DNA from: Takakia lepidozioides
Taxonomy: Eukaryota > Plantae > Bryophyta
Direction: 5' to 3'
DNA length: 64,000 bases
NCBI GenBank assembly: GCA_030704615.1
Contig: CM060734.1
Coordinates: 38,688,001 to 38,752,000, forward strand
Shown here: one piece after another, positions 1 through 12,800 of the stretch
Numbering within the stretch: the first letter of the stretch is position 1
How the letters are laid out: each line of letters begins with the position of its first letter
Made by a program: the position numbers and the translations under genes
The notes under the pieces: generated by a model
The model's database searches: none
Told to the model about the DNA's origin: nothing
The model's input: only the letters and a program-made list of their open reading frames with translations

Positions 1-153
1 AAAACCCTAATTCGAAATTGAAACAACCTAGCCAAACCCACCGGAAATGTGCAGTCGTTGCCTCCTCTAATCTTTGCATAATCATTGATCCTTCAAGCAT
101 CAAAGCGGAAACATGAACATGATTGTAAGCCAAGCGAGAGGGGAAGAGGCCAC

Positions 154-306
154 CTGAGGCACTTTGAGGAAGACAGAGCTAACAACAATGGCGTAGCCAA
201 GAAACTTGGACAGCAATGGAAGAACACATTCGTTCTCGGGGATCTGGTACTTCTCGATCGCATCAAAGACACAAGTGTAATTCATGCCTACCGATTCCAG
301 CTTCAT
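154..306 (-). CDS. First coding exon of a PQ-loop / mannose-P-dolichol utilization defect 1 (MPDU1)-like gene; rest lies beyond the window start
   Basis: MKLESVGMNYTCVFDAIEKYQIPENECVLPLLSKFLGYAIVVSSVFLKVPQ resembles the plant MPDU1 N-terminus (LLSK.LGY.IV..S...K.PQ) and is followed directly by a GT donor (cag|gtggcc). Confidence 0.75.
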
Positions 307-1439
307 CTTTTATTCTTGAACACACTCTGCTACTTCTCTCAGCCTCCCGCACCGTATACTAATTTTCGCAACTTAACTCTAATCACCCTCACTCTTTCTT
401 CCTTTATTCTTTCTTTCTTTCTCAGATCTTCAGTGCAGAATCTGACCCAAGCCAGAACGGAATTGATGGGGATGGAATCTGCAAACACGAAGAAATCTGA
501 TGCAAGTGAGGTTTTACAACGCTCTGGCAATCCGCGCAGCCCACAGCAGCGACCGCTCAGACACGTGGTACAATATTATTCGTTTTGGTTCCAGTTGGCG
601 CTCATTTGCTCAATGTTCGCTTTGAGGGCGCTTCTGCATTCTGCACCACTCGGCAACTCTCTACCCACCTGCGCATCTTGTGCGGTTCCAATTGCAAATG
701 ACCCTAGCTTCTAAAAACCCCTAAAAGACCACCATCTGCAAATTCAACTGGAACAATCTGCTGAACATGCCTCCATCAAATGGTGAATAAGATCTTGTGC
801 ACACCAGGCACATAGGTGATAGTTGTTTCACTGACTATTCTTCTTGCTGCAGGATTTCACCATGGGGACAGAATTGTGCCCCTCTGGCTGCAAAGGGGAA
901 AGGCAGAGGTCCCAATGCAAAAGTGGAAATGGGGGTGATTTGCTCAGCAAGGAGGCCAGTCACGTCAGATGCACGGGTGTCGTTAGTGGAGCAGGTGCGG
1001 AGGCTATCCTGCTCCTCACCAAATTGGGCAAGCTAATGATTGTTTCCTTTAGGGTTATAATTCTCTGCGTGCATGCATCGGAGTTCGCCGGTTACATGAA
1101 TTGACCTTTGGTCTCGTTGTGAGGGAATTGAATCACGTGAATCGATGACATGTCTGTTCTGCCATCTGTGTGTGTTGCTTTCCCTTTGACTCATCCTTTG
1201 AGCTTCCCTTAACGAAGTCTAAGGGTGGGGGACACTAATCTGGAGATTGGGTGAAATGCAACTCCAGCACTGTGTTTCATTTCTGAGGATCATATTTAGG
1301 CCCCACAGTTGTTTTGAACTCTGCTCTCACATTTCTGCCTTATTTGAAAGGGATTTTCAGACCTCCATCTGGTTTAGAGAACAGTGGACTTACAGCAAGA
1401 CTCAGTTGGTAAATTCGTTTGAAGGTGACTGATCCTTCA

Positions 1440-1790
1440 TGGTTAATTCTCGAGCAGATGGATTTGCTGCAGCTCCTTACATGGGAGCATGCAGAGAGAA
1501 CACCTGTAAATGTGCTACTGTTGGCTTCAGACCTTTCTGTCGCATTTGTCCAAATAGCTGTAGAGCCTCCCTGCCACAACCATCCTGGCCATATCCTGTT
1601 ATGATCGCATTCCATATCCTCACATCTCCTGAAGCCATATCCTCAAACACTTGATGCACATCCTTCATGCTCTTACCCTTGGCATACATGTTGACAAGGG
1701 CAGTCTCCACAATGATATGGCAGCTTTGATGATTTCGGCACGGACCTCTTTGCCCTTTTCCAGGGCTGCCAGGCTCACACATGAGAATCC
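1440..1790 (-). pseudogene. Degenerate PLS-class PPR fragment, paralogous to the downstream PPR-DYW gene
   Basis: Frameshifted pieces SLAALEKGKEVRAEIIKA / IIVETALVNMYAKGKSMKDVHQVFEDM / WNAIITGYGQDGCGREALQLF / VLSACSH closely match repeats of 2615-5044. Confidence 0.8.
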
Positions 1791-2614
1791 ATCGAGAACT
1801 TTGTGTTGAAGTGAAAACCATGAGGCCACTGGATGACCGCGTAGGCGTGTAGGGGTTAATGGTAGCCAAATCGCTTGAGCCACTCCCAACCTTATGATTG
1901 CTTGACTAAGAGTTGGGATGATAGAAACGCCATCCTAACTTTTGGCTGCTACAACCTGCCACATCGACATTGAGTTTTCCATTGAAAGCTAGTATCCATG
2001 AGCAAATTAGTCCAATGAACACATTTTGGGTGCTCCTTATAAAAGTGCCCTAACATCTAAGCCAACTTATCCCCAAAAAAATGGAATTTCACAAACAAAA
2101 TTACAATCCAAGGACAATATGATGCTAATGACTGTTCAACAAGGAAAAGTGCAACCCTGAGAGGACCCTCTAGGATGAACTTGGATTGGAGGAAAGAAGA
2201 AAGATGGCCCTATCGGTGGCTGTCGGCCTGTTACGAGCGAAAGAAAAACCTTGCCACAAAAGATCTGAGCGACAAGAAGCACCTCATCACATTGCCTTAC
2301 CCACAGATAGGCATCAAGCTTTTGCCCAAAATTTAAAGGAAAATGAATCGATGGGTTGCTAGTTACTACTGTCACCATTTGATGGAATCAGCATATCATT
2401 TTATCTTGTGGTTATGGTCTGGTTTTGGGATACTGGATGTTCCCCTAGTCATTCCAGAGAAAATGACCATCTGTACTACTTGATCCTCTTCGTTGAATAT
2501 ATGGTTCACAGAAAACTCCGCAACATTCAATGTGAACTTCTGTTTACAAGACAGAAACGCTTTGCCCTCGGATTTGAAGCGTAAAGACTTGTCTTTCACA
2601 CATGTTGCACATTT

Positions 2615-5044
2615 TCACCAGTAATCTCCACAAGAACAAACCCCATCTTGGAAGTGGTGAAACCTGTTGGTGTCCCGTACAACAATTGATCGGCCAACAA
2701 TCTTCGAGATGAACTTGGTAGCTGTGTGGCAATCACCACAGACCCGGAGGTTGTTGATGATGTGGAGAGGCATCCCAGGGGATGTGCTTATGAGCCCAAA
2801 AGCAATGGCCAGCTTCTCACTGTGGAAGCCAAGAGAATATTTTTTGTATTCCTCCTCCACATTATGCAATACAAACTGCGTATCTGGTGCATACCCAACC
2901 TCCCTCATCTCCCCAGACAATCTCTGTAGCTCAGCATAGATTGCATCAATTTGAGGATGCACTTTATCTTCTACATTGAATCTATGCACCTGGTTGTCCA
3001 CCTCAATGCAGCTGTGCCCTGACTCCTTTCTGATACCTCTGTCCTCCATTATTTTTCTCACCTGTGCTGCATCGTTCCATCTGCCAGCTGCAGCATAGAT
3101 GTTCGATAGTAGCACATAAGTGGCAGCATCTTCTGGATCCCACTCGACAAGCCATTTTGCTGCACGTTCTGCCACTTCCACATTGCCATGAACTCTGCAG
3201 GCCGCAAGCAAGGCCCCCCACACAGCAGCATGTGGTTCCATTGGCGTTTGGTTAATAAACTTCTCTGCCTCATCCAATCGCCCTGCACGGCCAAGAAGGT
3301 CCACCATACAGCCAAAATGCTCCACTGCAGGAGTGAGGTCATGATCTTGACACATGGAATTGAAGTAGTGACAACCTTCATCCACTAGACCCCCATGACT
3401 ACATGCAGAGAGAAGGCATACAAATGTGATACCGTTTGGTTTCAAGCCTTCCTCCCGCAGTTGTTCAAATAGTTCCATGGCTTCTATACCACACCCATGC
3501 TGAGCATATCCTGCGATCATTGCATTCCATGACACCACATTCCGGTGAGCCATATTGTCAAATACTTGACGTGCATCCTTCATGCTTCCGCATTTTGCGT
3601 ACATGTCAACAAGGGCAGTCTCCAGAATGATATGTGATGCAATTCCAGCTCTGACAATGTCAGCATGGACCTCCTTGCCCTTTTCCAGGGCTGCCAGGCT
3701 TGCACACGCATTAAGAACACAAATGAAAGTGACTCTGTTGGGTGATACCCCTTCCTGTATCATTTGCCTATAGCTTGTGAAAGCCTCCCTACCATACCCA
3801 TGCTGAGAATATCCTGCAATCATTGCAGTCCATGACACCACATTTGGCTTCACGCCTTCCTGTTGCATTTGTACAAATAATTCCATGGCCTCCCTATTAC
3901 ACCCATGCTGAGCATATCCTGCAATAACAGCATTCCATGAGACTACATCTCGCTTAGCCATTCTATCGAACATTTGCCGCGAAATCTTCATGTCCCCACA
4001 TTTGGCATACATGTCAACAAGGGCAGTCTCCAGAATGATATCAGGGACAATTCCTACTTTGATGATGTCAGCATGGACCTCTTTGCCCTTTTCCAGGGCT
4101 GTCAGGCTAGCACACGCATTGACAATGCAAATGTAAGTCACCCTGTCAGGCATTACCCCTTCCTGTATCATTCGCCCATACATCTCTAAAGCCTCCCTAC
4201 CACACCCTTGCTGAGCATATCCGGCCACCATTGCATTCCATGAGACCAAGTTTGGCTTCAAGCCTTTCTGTTGCATTTGTTGAAATAATTGCAGGGCCTC
4301 CCTAATACATCCATGCTGAGCATATCCTGTGATCATGGTACTACATGAGACCACGTCTTGTTGGGCCATCTTGGCAAACGCTTGATGTGCCTCCATTATG
4401 CTCCCGCATTTGGCATACATATTGACCAGGGCGGTCTCCAGAATGATATCTGGCACAACTCCAGCTTTGATGATGTCAGCATGGACCTTTTTGCCCTCCT
4501 CTAGGGCTCCCATGTTGGCACATGCATGTAGAATGGAAGTGAACATGACCATGCTGGGCGACAACCCTTCCCCTATCATTTGCTCATACATATCAAAGGC
4601 CTCCCTACCAAACCCATGCTTGGCATATCCTGTTATCATTGTACTCCACGTAAACATGTCTCGTTCAGCCATCTTGTCAAAGACTTGGCGTGCATCCACC
4701 ACACTCCCGCACTTAGCATACATATTCACAAGGGTGTTGAGTAGAAAGATGCTTGATGTGAATCCACTTAGGATGATGTGAGTGTGCACCTGCTTTCCCA
4801 CCTCTAGGTCTTTATTCTTTATGCACTCTCGCAAGAGACAGACATACGCATTGGAGTCTGCCAACATGCCTTCTCCGTTCAATATGTGCAACACCTCTTT
4901 TAGTCGGCCTGCCCTACATAGTGCCCTCAAATCCCAAGAACCAGAGTAGTTGATGTTGACTCCCTTTCTTGGTCCTGCTTGGAAAGTAGGGGTTGTGGTG
5001 GAGGTGCATGGTTCAGATAGTTGTGCCTGATTCTGCCCTGCCAT
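2615..5044 (-). CDS. PLS-class pentatricopeptide repeat protein with E and DYW domains (organellar C-to-U RNA editing factor)
   Basis: 809-aa uninterrupted ORF; repeated L/S/P motifs (ETALVxMYAKCG, VVSWNAMIAGYAQHG); E domain (WGALLAACRVHG); HSEKLA and CGDCH zinc ligands; ends CSCGDYW. Confidence 0.96.
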   Translation of the reverse strand: MAGQNQAQLSEPCTSTTTPTFQAGPRKGVNINYSGSWDLRALCRAGRLKEVLHILNGEGMLADSNAYVCLLRECIKNKDLEVGKQVHTHIILSGFTSSIFLLNTLVNMYAKCGSVVDARQVFDKMAERDMFTWSTMITGYAKHGFGREAFDMYEQMIGEGLSPSMVMFTSILHACANMGALEEGKKVHADIIKAGVVPDIILETALVNMYAKCGSIMEAHQAFAKMAQQDVVSCSTMITGYAQHGCIREALQLFQQMQQKGLKPNLVSWNAMVAGYAQQGCGREALEMYGRMIQEGVMPDRVTYICIVNACASLTALEKGKEVHADIIKVGIVPDIILETALVDMYAKCGDMKISRQMFDRMAKRDVVSWNAVIAGYAQHGCNREAMELFVQMQQEGVKPNVVSWTAMIAGYSQHGYGREAFTSYRQMIQEGVSPNRVTFICVLNACASLAALEKGKEVHADIVRAGIASHIILETALVDMYAKCGSMKDARQVFDNMAHRNVVSWNAMIAGYAQHGCGIEAMELFEQLREEGLKPNGITFVCLLSACSHGGLVDEGCHYFNSMCQDHDLTPAVEHFGCMVDLLGRAGRLDEAEKFINQTPMEPHAAVWGALLAACRVHGNVEVAERAAKWLVEWDPEDAATYVLLSNIYAAAGRWNDAAQVRKIMEDRGIRKESGHSCIEVDNQVHRFNVEDKVHPQIDAIYAELQRLSGEMREVGYAPDTQFVLHNVEEEYKKYSLGFHSEKLAIAFGLISTSPGMPLHIINNLRVCGDCHTATKFISKIVGRSIVVRDTNRFHHFQDGVCSCGDYW

Positions 5045-5409
5045 CCTGCAATACTGAAAACTCGTCAGAATCGGACTTGAGTAGCTCCTAAAACTTCAAA
5101 GAATGGTTCTTCATGAGGACAGCCTCCTTGCAACGTAGGTTTTGGGTTGGGCACCCTTCCAGGTGCACCGTCACAACAAATGTACCAACTCGGTCAAATA
5201 GAAGATCCATGTAAAACTAACCAATTGGGTGGAACTTGCTGCTCACCCTCCAATCTACTTTTCTGCTCCATGTGAGATGAAACTGTTGGTTCACAGCAAT
5301 AAGAACTCCCTTCCATCGAATATCAACAGGTGGCTCATAGTCTGTAAGATTGACAGTTAAGGAGACACCTTTGCACCTAGCAAAAGAAATTCAAAACGGT
5401 GGGAGGATC

Positions 5410-5585
5410 TTTTGAAGAGGAGTGACTGTCATACTGGAAATGCCCCGACCATCCCCATTCACCAGGCCTTGCCACGTACTTCCCCCTGGCTACTTGCAGA
5501 TCTGTTGAAGAGGAGGGAGTGCCATACTGGAAATGCCCCGACGACCCCCATCCACCAGGCCTAGCCACATACTTCCCCCTGGCTT
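5410..5585. repeat. Two-copy ~93-bp tandem duplication upstream of the PPR gene
   Basis: atactggaaatgccccgac...ccaggcct.gccac.tacttccccctggct at ~5431 and ~5524; reads ARGKYVARPG.WG.SGHFQY twice on the minus strand. Confidence 0.8.
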
Positions 5586-5589
5586 TTTC

Positions 5590-5700
5590 CAGATTCTCCA
5601 ACCAACCATCTGTTGACGCACGTTTTTTGCAGCTATCAACCCACAGTATCTCATTGGTGCTCCTGAGCTTAAAATCTGGTGGATGGATCTGCACCCAACA
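5590..5700 (-). other. Diverged OSB/PTAC9-type PDF motif just upstream of the PPR-DYW ORF
   Basis: WVQIHPPDFKLRSTNEILWVDSCKK...DGWL, homologous to the IHPRGPDFKL/HKIT.DSLW...KK..WVD.QL copies at 31.6-36.8 kb. Confidence 0.55.
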
Positions 5701-6464
5701 AAAGGAATAGATACTTCCCCTAGTCCTTTCTGGAATCCACAGCAAGCCCAGAGGCATGGCGTTAAGATTTGAATCATGATAACAATTGACCAAAAGTCAA
5801 ATCTATACTCCTAAACCAAGCACTTGTAGTATCCTACATATGTATACATAAAGGAAACTAGATTACCCTTAAAGCAATTTGCTTGAGGCGGATGAACTTC
5901 ACGAACTCACGCATATTTGAAAGCACCAAGATGTCCAAAAGGATGTCAGAGGCATCCCCTCCTTCTCTAGCCTATGGATGTTCTGCACAGTCAATTGATC
6001 CCACTCTATTCACAAATAACACTTTATGAGGAATCCAAAAGAGCAGAAATCAACCAAACTCAATCCCAGCCTCACAAGGGTGTGCATCCTCGACCATTTT
6101 ACTTCATGGTGCAATGCCAATAATGACCATTACATCAGCCCTGTAAATGAATTGGCATTGCCTGTGCAAGACAGTTCTGGTATATCTAGTTGAATTCACA
6201 CCCAGTAGGTGAGAACCCCACAGCCAACCAGTGGGTTACAGCTTACAGACACAGATATGTCCTAGCCGTAAGGTCCAAAAGAATAGGCAATGATTACCTC
6301 TTGCTGTCTTTCTATATGGATATCTTTTCCTCTATCTGAAAGTACACTTTGACTCTTCCACCAAAATTATCCACAACTTTACCCTCTCCCTATAAGCTGC
6401 GAGAAATACTTGTATACCAAGTCGTTTCCTCCCCATAGTGTATGAACAAGGAGAAGACATACAC

Positions 6465-6590
6465 AAGGCTTGATCGGCAGTAAGCCTGACATGCGCATCC
6501 TTCACCATTAACTTCCTCACGAAGTCCTAGTGTTGCTGAATGTTGACCATGGCTTCTCCCGAAGATCAGGCTTTTTCTTCAGCACCTAAT
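6465..6590 (-). pseudogene. Isolated calcium-dependent protein kinase (CPK-like) exon fragment
   Basis: KKKPDLREKPWSTFSN / FVRKLMVKDAHVRLTADQAL resembles CPK subdomain X-XI (KPDF..KPW..IS..AKDFV.KLLVKD...RLTAAQAL); frameshifted, with no other kinase exons nearby. Confidence 0.6.
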
Positions 6591-6871
6591 TGTCATAGTA
6601 GCAAACAAGAAGTTATGGACAACTGTCGAATCCAAGCCTATATGTGAACGCATGGGGGGGAGAGAGGACAACAGAGTAATCCACGCAATTGGGTAACCTG
6701 ATTCTTCACCTTGACATTCTACTACACATGCACATTGGTAGTTTTCACCTCTAAACCAACAAACCATCTTCAACATGTAATGAGACCAATACTCCACACA
6801 TCAGACTCAGGCCCTGATTTTCTCTTCACATGGTCTTATGGAGGAAGGCTAGTGAAGGCTCGCCATGCAGT

Positions 6872-6874
<3 letters not shown>

Positions 6875-6928
<54 letters not shown>
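6875..6928. repeat. (CT)n microsatellite
   Basis: ~27 CT units seen directly. Confidence 0.95.
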
Positions 6929-6930
<2 letters not shown>

Positions 6931-8084
6931 TTGGCATCCTAGGGCCGTAATAAAGTTTTTCTGTCTCTCCCCTTTTCTTGACTGCCAGAGCAATCATAGC
7001 CACAAATGTCATATTTGCATCAGATTGGAGACCTTACAGCAATTCAGTGTAACTGGCAAGTCGTTGGTTCCATACCTGGAAGCTAGAAACCCCACAACTG
7101 CCTCCATTAGGCCTGATATTTCAGGGAGACCATGCCCTGGAGGGTCGTAAGAGCCAACGTTCCCAGGGACTGTTAATGAGTACATCTCCCTCTTTCCCCT
7201 TTTCCACCCGTCAGTGAGACTGGCATTGGCACTTTGCACTGCTCCAGAAGAGCCACAGCAATGTGTGTCACGTCTGCCTTAACTGGCCTTCTAAACTAAG
7301 GAATCATCTGAAATGCTTGCACCTGGTGAAAATTGTGGCGAGGTAAGGTGGGAATTTTCCCAAAAACAGGTATTCCACATGGGCCTGGCCACATTAAACA
7401 ACGCATATAAGTTCCTCTCTCTCTCGTACAACGAGTGGGAAGACGATACATGTATCAGAAACTTCAGAAATTTCGGCAGATCATCAAGGACCTCATAGCA
7501 TATGACCAAGAGTGACACATTTCATCAATTCGTGCTGATATGTGCTCGAAAAATATGGAGCCTGCATCGCTACAGAATATGACACAGAAAGCAATCTCGC
7601 GCAAATTACCAAGTCCATACGTCCATACCTTTCTCCGATATGCCTGGCGGGTGGGCAGCGGCAGAGCCAACAGTTGTAAGAGTCTGGAGCCCGACATTGG
7701 CAAGCTTGCGGATACCCATTTCAACCCCACATCCTGGCGCGTCAATTCGCTGCAGGATGTGAGGCTTGGCGCCGATTCAGCGCAAGGAGATGAGCAGTCC
7801 TTGAGTGCGGCCTCTCTCGCAGGAGCTGCATAGCTCGTTGCCATCCTTCGCTCTTGCAAGACAGAAACACGAGAGTCACTTTTCTTCGATATATAATATT
7901 TGTTTATTTATTACTTTTTAGACAATCCGGGCCGGCCTTTCCAATTACATACAGATTGGAGTAATACAGATTGGAATATGCTGGGGATTGGAGCAACGCT
8001 CACATAGGTGAATGGATCTCTCTTTTCTTTCCCTGTCTCTTACAGTTTCCTTACAGTTTCCTTTTCTTTGAATGATGTTGCAAA

Positions 8085-8432
8085 TATGCCGACAGAACTA
8101 GTTCGTAGGGAAATGCAACAATATATTTGTCCGGATCCTGATATCGATGCTTTCATGAAGGTCAGAGCCTTTGAACTTTGTATCTGTCTGGGCAGTTGAT
8201 GTTGCTAGCATGCCTAGGGTTTGCATACTCTTCTGTGGCACAGCTACTAATGTGCAATACTTGGAACTTGCCTTCAAACTCAGGCGACCGCTGCACAAGG
8301 GAGCAAGCATAGTTTGTCAACTGGACTACATCATGAAGGTGCTCGGCCTTGAATTATGTGCTGATATTGTTGTTGGCGGTTCTGGAGATCAAAAGAATTC
8401 TGGAGATCAAAAGAAACGTGTGACCACTGGTG
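8085..8432 (+). pseudogene. Fragment of a PDR/ABCG full-size ABC transporter (two NBD1 exon remnants)
   Basis: ELVRREMQQYICPDPDIDAFMK followed by GT, then DYIMKVLGLELCADIVVG...SGDQKKRVTTG. The signature SGGQKKRVTTG is mutated and locally duplicated; the rest of the gene is absent. Confidence 0.75.
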
Positions 8433-8954
8433 GGTTCCCGAGCATCATGACCTCCATCACCCCTTCATCTTCCGCATGGAAGGCTCATGAAATCAAGCAT
8501 CATTGCTTGTAACCATTTTTAAATAGGCTAGCTAAATTTCTCTGCCTTGTTTTACCATCCTCATGATGATTTTGATGCAATTAAGACCTCTGAGTGATGG
8601 CCACTCCTGAAATTGAAGGGGAGAGGGGCTCCTGAAGGCATGAGATGGGAGAAGAGGGAGCAAAGCTGGCAGAGAGGAGAGTAGCCCGGTGAATCCCATT
8701 TGTAGAGAGGTAGGTGGGTAGAGGTAAATGGTTTTGGAAATGGTGATGGTTGGGGGCTGGGAAACTACCTGGACTACCGTAGTTTTGGTACAAAAGCTGA
8801 CAGGTTGAGGACTTCACCTAATAGGTGCTCCCCCCATTCCGGCCACACTCTCCTTTCTTCCACCATCGCATGTTTATAAGCTCCTAACTCTCATGCTTCA
8901 AAGCACTCTCTTTCATATGGTATCTCTTCCCGCCCACTCGCTCAACCCTCTCTT

Positions 8955-9240
8955 AGAACATTGTCCCTGCACCTCTGCTCACCAACTTTGAAAATCTTGA
9001 GGCTGAGCTTCAAGCCATGGCCCTGTTGGGCTCTAATTGCTGGGCAGATCACACGCATCAGGTTGATACTTGTGTGAAGGGCTTTCTAGAGATATCTGTA
9101 AAGCCCGCACTAATAGTCTATACCAAGGTATGTCACACTACTGGAGTGAGCTCCTCACAAAGGCAGTTTCTGATCCCTTTAGTTCCGCCCAAACTGGGCA
9201 GGACCACAAGGCTACGGCAAACATTGTCTTATGAGTACAT
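8955..9240 (+). mobile_element. 5'-truncated non-LTR retroelement tail (copy 1 of 3)
   Basis: Homologous to 46374-46702 and ~59576-59905 (tgtgtgaagggctttctaga.gatatctg ... ggctacggcaaac..gtcttatgagtac). Confidence 0.7.
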
Positions 9241-9819
9241 GCTCACCCTCTATTGACACGCAGGAACGTAGTGCCTGCACTGAACTACCCACGCTTAACC
9301 TGCACTACAGCAGCATTAGAGTTAGCTTTAAAATTTTCTAGTCTAACTATTAATGCTAACTGTAAGTGAGACACTAGACCAACTTGTCCCATTAGTCCCA
9401 AAATTAATCACTGGATTTCTAGAACATTTCGAGTACTCATGTCCTACAGCTGGAACAGTAGTCAGTCAAGCAACAATGAGCAAGCAACAATGAGCTGACA
9501 GGTATGAAATATTTTTTCCTTATAAGAGACAAGGGATTACACTTTCCCAATTGCATTGTAAGGTTTTTTTTAGGGATAGTACTGTTAGTCTGTTCACGTT
9601 AGCTGCATACACTATGAAAGAAACCACCACCCAAAAGTCCAATTCAAGGAAAAGAAAATGCCAATTTTACTTTGGGACCAACCAAAAGGTTAGCTTTTTC
9701 AATCTAAAAAATTAAATGGAAGACAACTACTATCTACAGGCCACAACATCTTCTACTACATAGATACGGTACACAGAGGAACACCGGAACACCTTTCTCA
9801 ACCAAGCATTACTTCCGTC

Positions 9820-12800
9820 TCACCATCGACCAACCCAAACATGGGTTTTATGGTGGCCAACTCGTACTCTGGAGCCTAAACCCTGAGGATACTGTAACAC
9901 CCTATTCATATGTGCCTTCTTCCATACGGAGGACAATGTCCCCAGAGAGGCTAAGGGTCCGACTAAGTTCCAGCCGGTATTCTAGCCCTCTCATATGGTG
10001 ACCCAGCAGCATACACCTGCTCAAACACAACCAACATTCCAGTTGAAGGGGAGTACTTTAACAAATCACCTAGAAAATGGCAGTTCACAGTTTTGAATCC
10101 AAGTCCAAGACCAGACAGCAAATGTGTATGTCTAACACACATACACTCAAACCTCTGCACCACAAGTTATGACCAAGGTGTTGACCGAAAGACCCACACC
10201 TAAAAGAAAGAGGCCACAATAGGGAAGGTAGACTGGAAGAACTGTAGCTAGCTCGTGGGCTACATTGGTAAAGAGACCAACATGTTGTAGATTGGAAAGC
10301 TGGAAGGAGGAAGGACTTTGGGGAGAGAACAAAGAGAGAAAGGGAGCCGCCGCTCCATATCTCTGCCAAGAGAACAAATCGAAGCCTTACCAGTGGTAGA
10401 GAGAGACACGATCTTACCACATATTCGCAGTTGTGGAGGGGTTTCAGCGACCTGCAAAGGACAACCCCTCACAGACAACCAAAAGACCTAGCCAACATTC
10501 TCCAGTCCTGGTTAGTAACTAGAGAGAATTAAGGTGGTGGATCAGGAAGGAAAGGAGATCAAGCTCGGTACACACCAGAAAAGGAGCCTTGCCAAGTAGT
10601 CTCGTGTTGCCGGTACAGTGGACTGGAACTGTAATGGAAAGTTGCCAATAAGTTCTGATGATGCTCCATCCTGCTCCCACGTACTGGTAATGCTACTGCC
10701 CGTTCCACTACCAAACTGAGGAGTCTTTGGGGACCTCTTGTTAGGGCATAGACTGCCCCATATGCCATTAATGACCTGTTTTATCACTTCCTCAACTTCT
10801 GAAGATGTCAGTCGGGATAGCTCTGCCACCTGGAAAGAGCCACCAATACCAAGGTGTATCAGCTTCCTTGTTCATTCAAACGGGTAATCAAATGATGCTT
10901 CCAGGTACATTTTCTATTATGCATTTACGGCAACTGATACACACTACTGCAGGCCTGGCCCACACAAGTAAGACCAGATCAAGCAGATCATCCAGGCCTT
11001 CAACCTACTTCCACTACTTCCAAGATACAAGGCCATGTTTTATTTGTCCTTGCTAAACTAAATTTGAAATCATAATGCCTCTTAATATACACAATAACAG
11101 CTGCCCTTGACACCTGCATAGGAAGACCACTGTAGGACCAGGAAGCTTTGCCACCAGCCCGTAAGTCGTCGTCTCTTAATTTTTACGGTATTGGACATAT
11201 CTTGCTTGATTGTTGATGTCCCAGCATTCCAAGCCAGGACAAAAGCAAGAGGAAGGAAAGCGAACCTTGTCAGGCTCCAGTGACCTTAGGTAATCCAACA
11301 GGTCATTCTGTTCGTCCCCTACCATGCGCTCCATCTCCAGCGCCGTTAAAGCACACTTGCAGTCATCCAGTTCCTGCAGTACAATACTAACTCATCTATA
11401 TTCTGTCTCTCTCTAAGTCCGGCAGATCCTAGGGAGGCGACATTAACAGTGTTTGGTGTTCTTAAACATTCCTTCAGATATGCGCTTCATGTCTTGCACA
11501 TCATAGTAAGCCTTTTGCCTTACAACATTTAGTAGACTCTGAACTAGCATGTAACCAAAGATTAAATGATACCCACATCCAAGGTAAAACAGAACAAAAG
11601 TAAGCACCATAAAAGAGTCTCCAGTTCTTTTAGCAGACAGCCGACCACTTACCGTAGTGGTTGCTGACAACTTTGCTTGCAACTGCTGGACGTAGTTTGC
11701 AACCTCTGGTGAAACAGAGCCCAGACCCTCTGGTAGCGCTACATCCTTGGCTTGCACAACTTCTTTAAGAAAAACTGATGGAGTACCTTCAGACGAGGGC
11801 TCCGTTTGCTCGCTCGTGACTGGCATCATCGCCCCCCTACTCCTGCCTTGTAAACCGTGCTCAACATCATGGCTGGGTGTCCGCAGCTCTTCAGCCATCT
11901 CCTCATCCTCAGTGAGGTCCAAGTTCCGTTGCAAGCAGAGCCGGTATTCAGCATTCCGTAATGTGTATCTGGAGGGTATCAACCCACTGTTAGTGGAAAG
12001 CCTGAGTAGAGCTAGCAATCAGCTGAGAAGATGTAGGTGGATCAAAAAAGGTTCCTGGAAGTTGCTGGAATTATGACTTCGCATTGAGCAATGTCCTCCC
12101 CTCAAACTCCAACAAAGGACCACAGAGATGCATCAGGTCCCAATTACAGTGAACAGTAGTTAGTAAATACTACATGCGAATGAGTCACACTTGTATCCAA
12201 AGTTATCAAAAAGTAAAAAGATCAAAACAGCCAGTTATCAGCATAGATTTATTGTCATCACTCATCTCAAACAGGTATAACCAAGGAGCAATTCAGCCAC
12301 ACCTTGATGTTGACACAAACAACCATAAGAAAGTAACTATACACATAGGACATCTTAGTTCATACTTCACAATCTTGATAATGGTCTAACATAATATCAC
12401 AATATCAAACCCCCAGCCCTTCAGGCTCCCAGCATTTTGGCAACCTTATTCAAACAGCACATTAAGTGAGTTGTTCATAGTGACAATTGTTAACCAGCTC
12501 ATACCAGACAAGGCAAGAAATGGTTGCAAAATTTCAGCTTTGTTGTTCCCCCCTTCCATATAAATATGTTGCAAGTACTTACCCAGTCATCATTGATGAC
12601 ACCAACAACCGCGCGAGAGGCTCACGAGAAACTTCTATCATAACTTGAAACTGGTCAGAGGGCAGCAGGCCCAGCATGCCCGATATGGTTCGCTTCATTG
12701 CATCCACACTGTCAACTGAGGCTTCTTTGCTGATGTGACTTACATCCAGAGGCTCAATCTCCTGAATCAGGCTAAGCAGCACTGATGTATCCTTCCGTGA

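Noticed and set aside
85-714. 209-aa plus-strand ORF, and other antisense ORFs such as 13814-14443, 51301-51780 and 60967-61479
   Set aside because: Shadow ORFs opposite real exons or repeats, with no independent motifs
9780-10500. Possible LINE remnant
   Set aside because: 9820-10016 is the last DUF760 exon; the remainder is intron with no RT motifs
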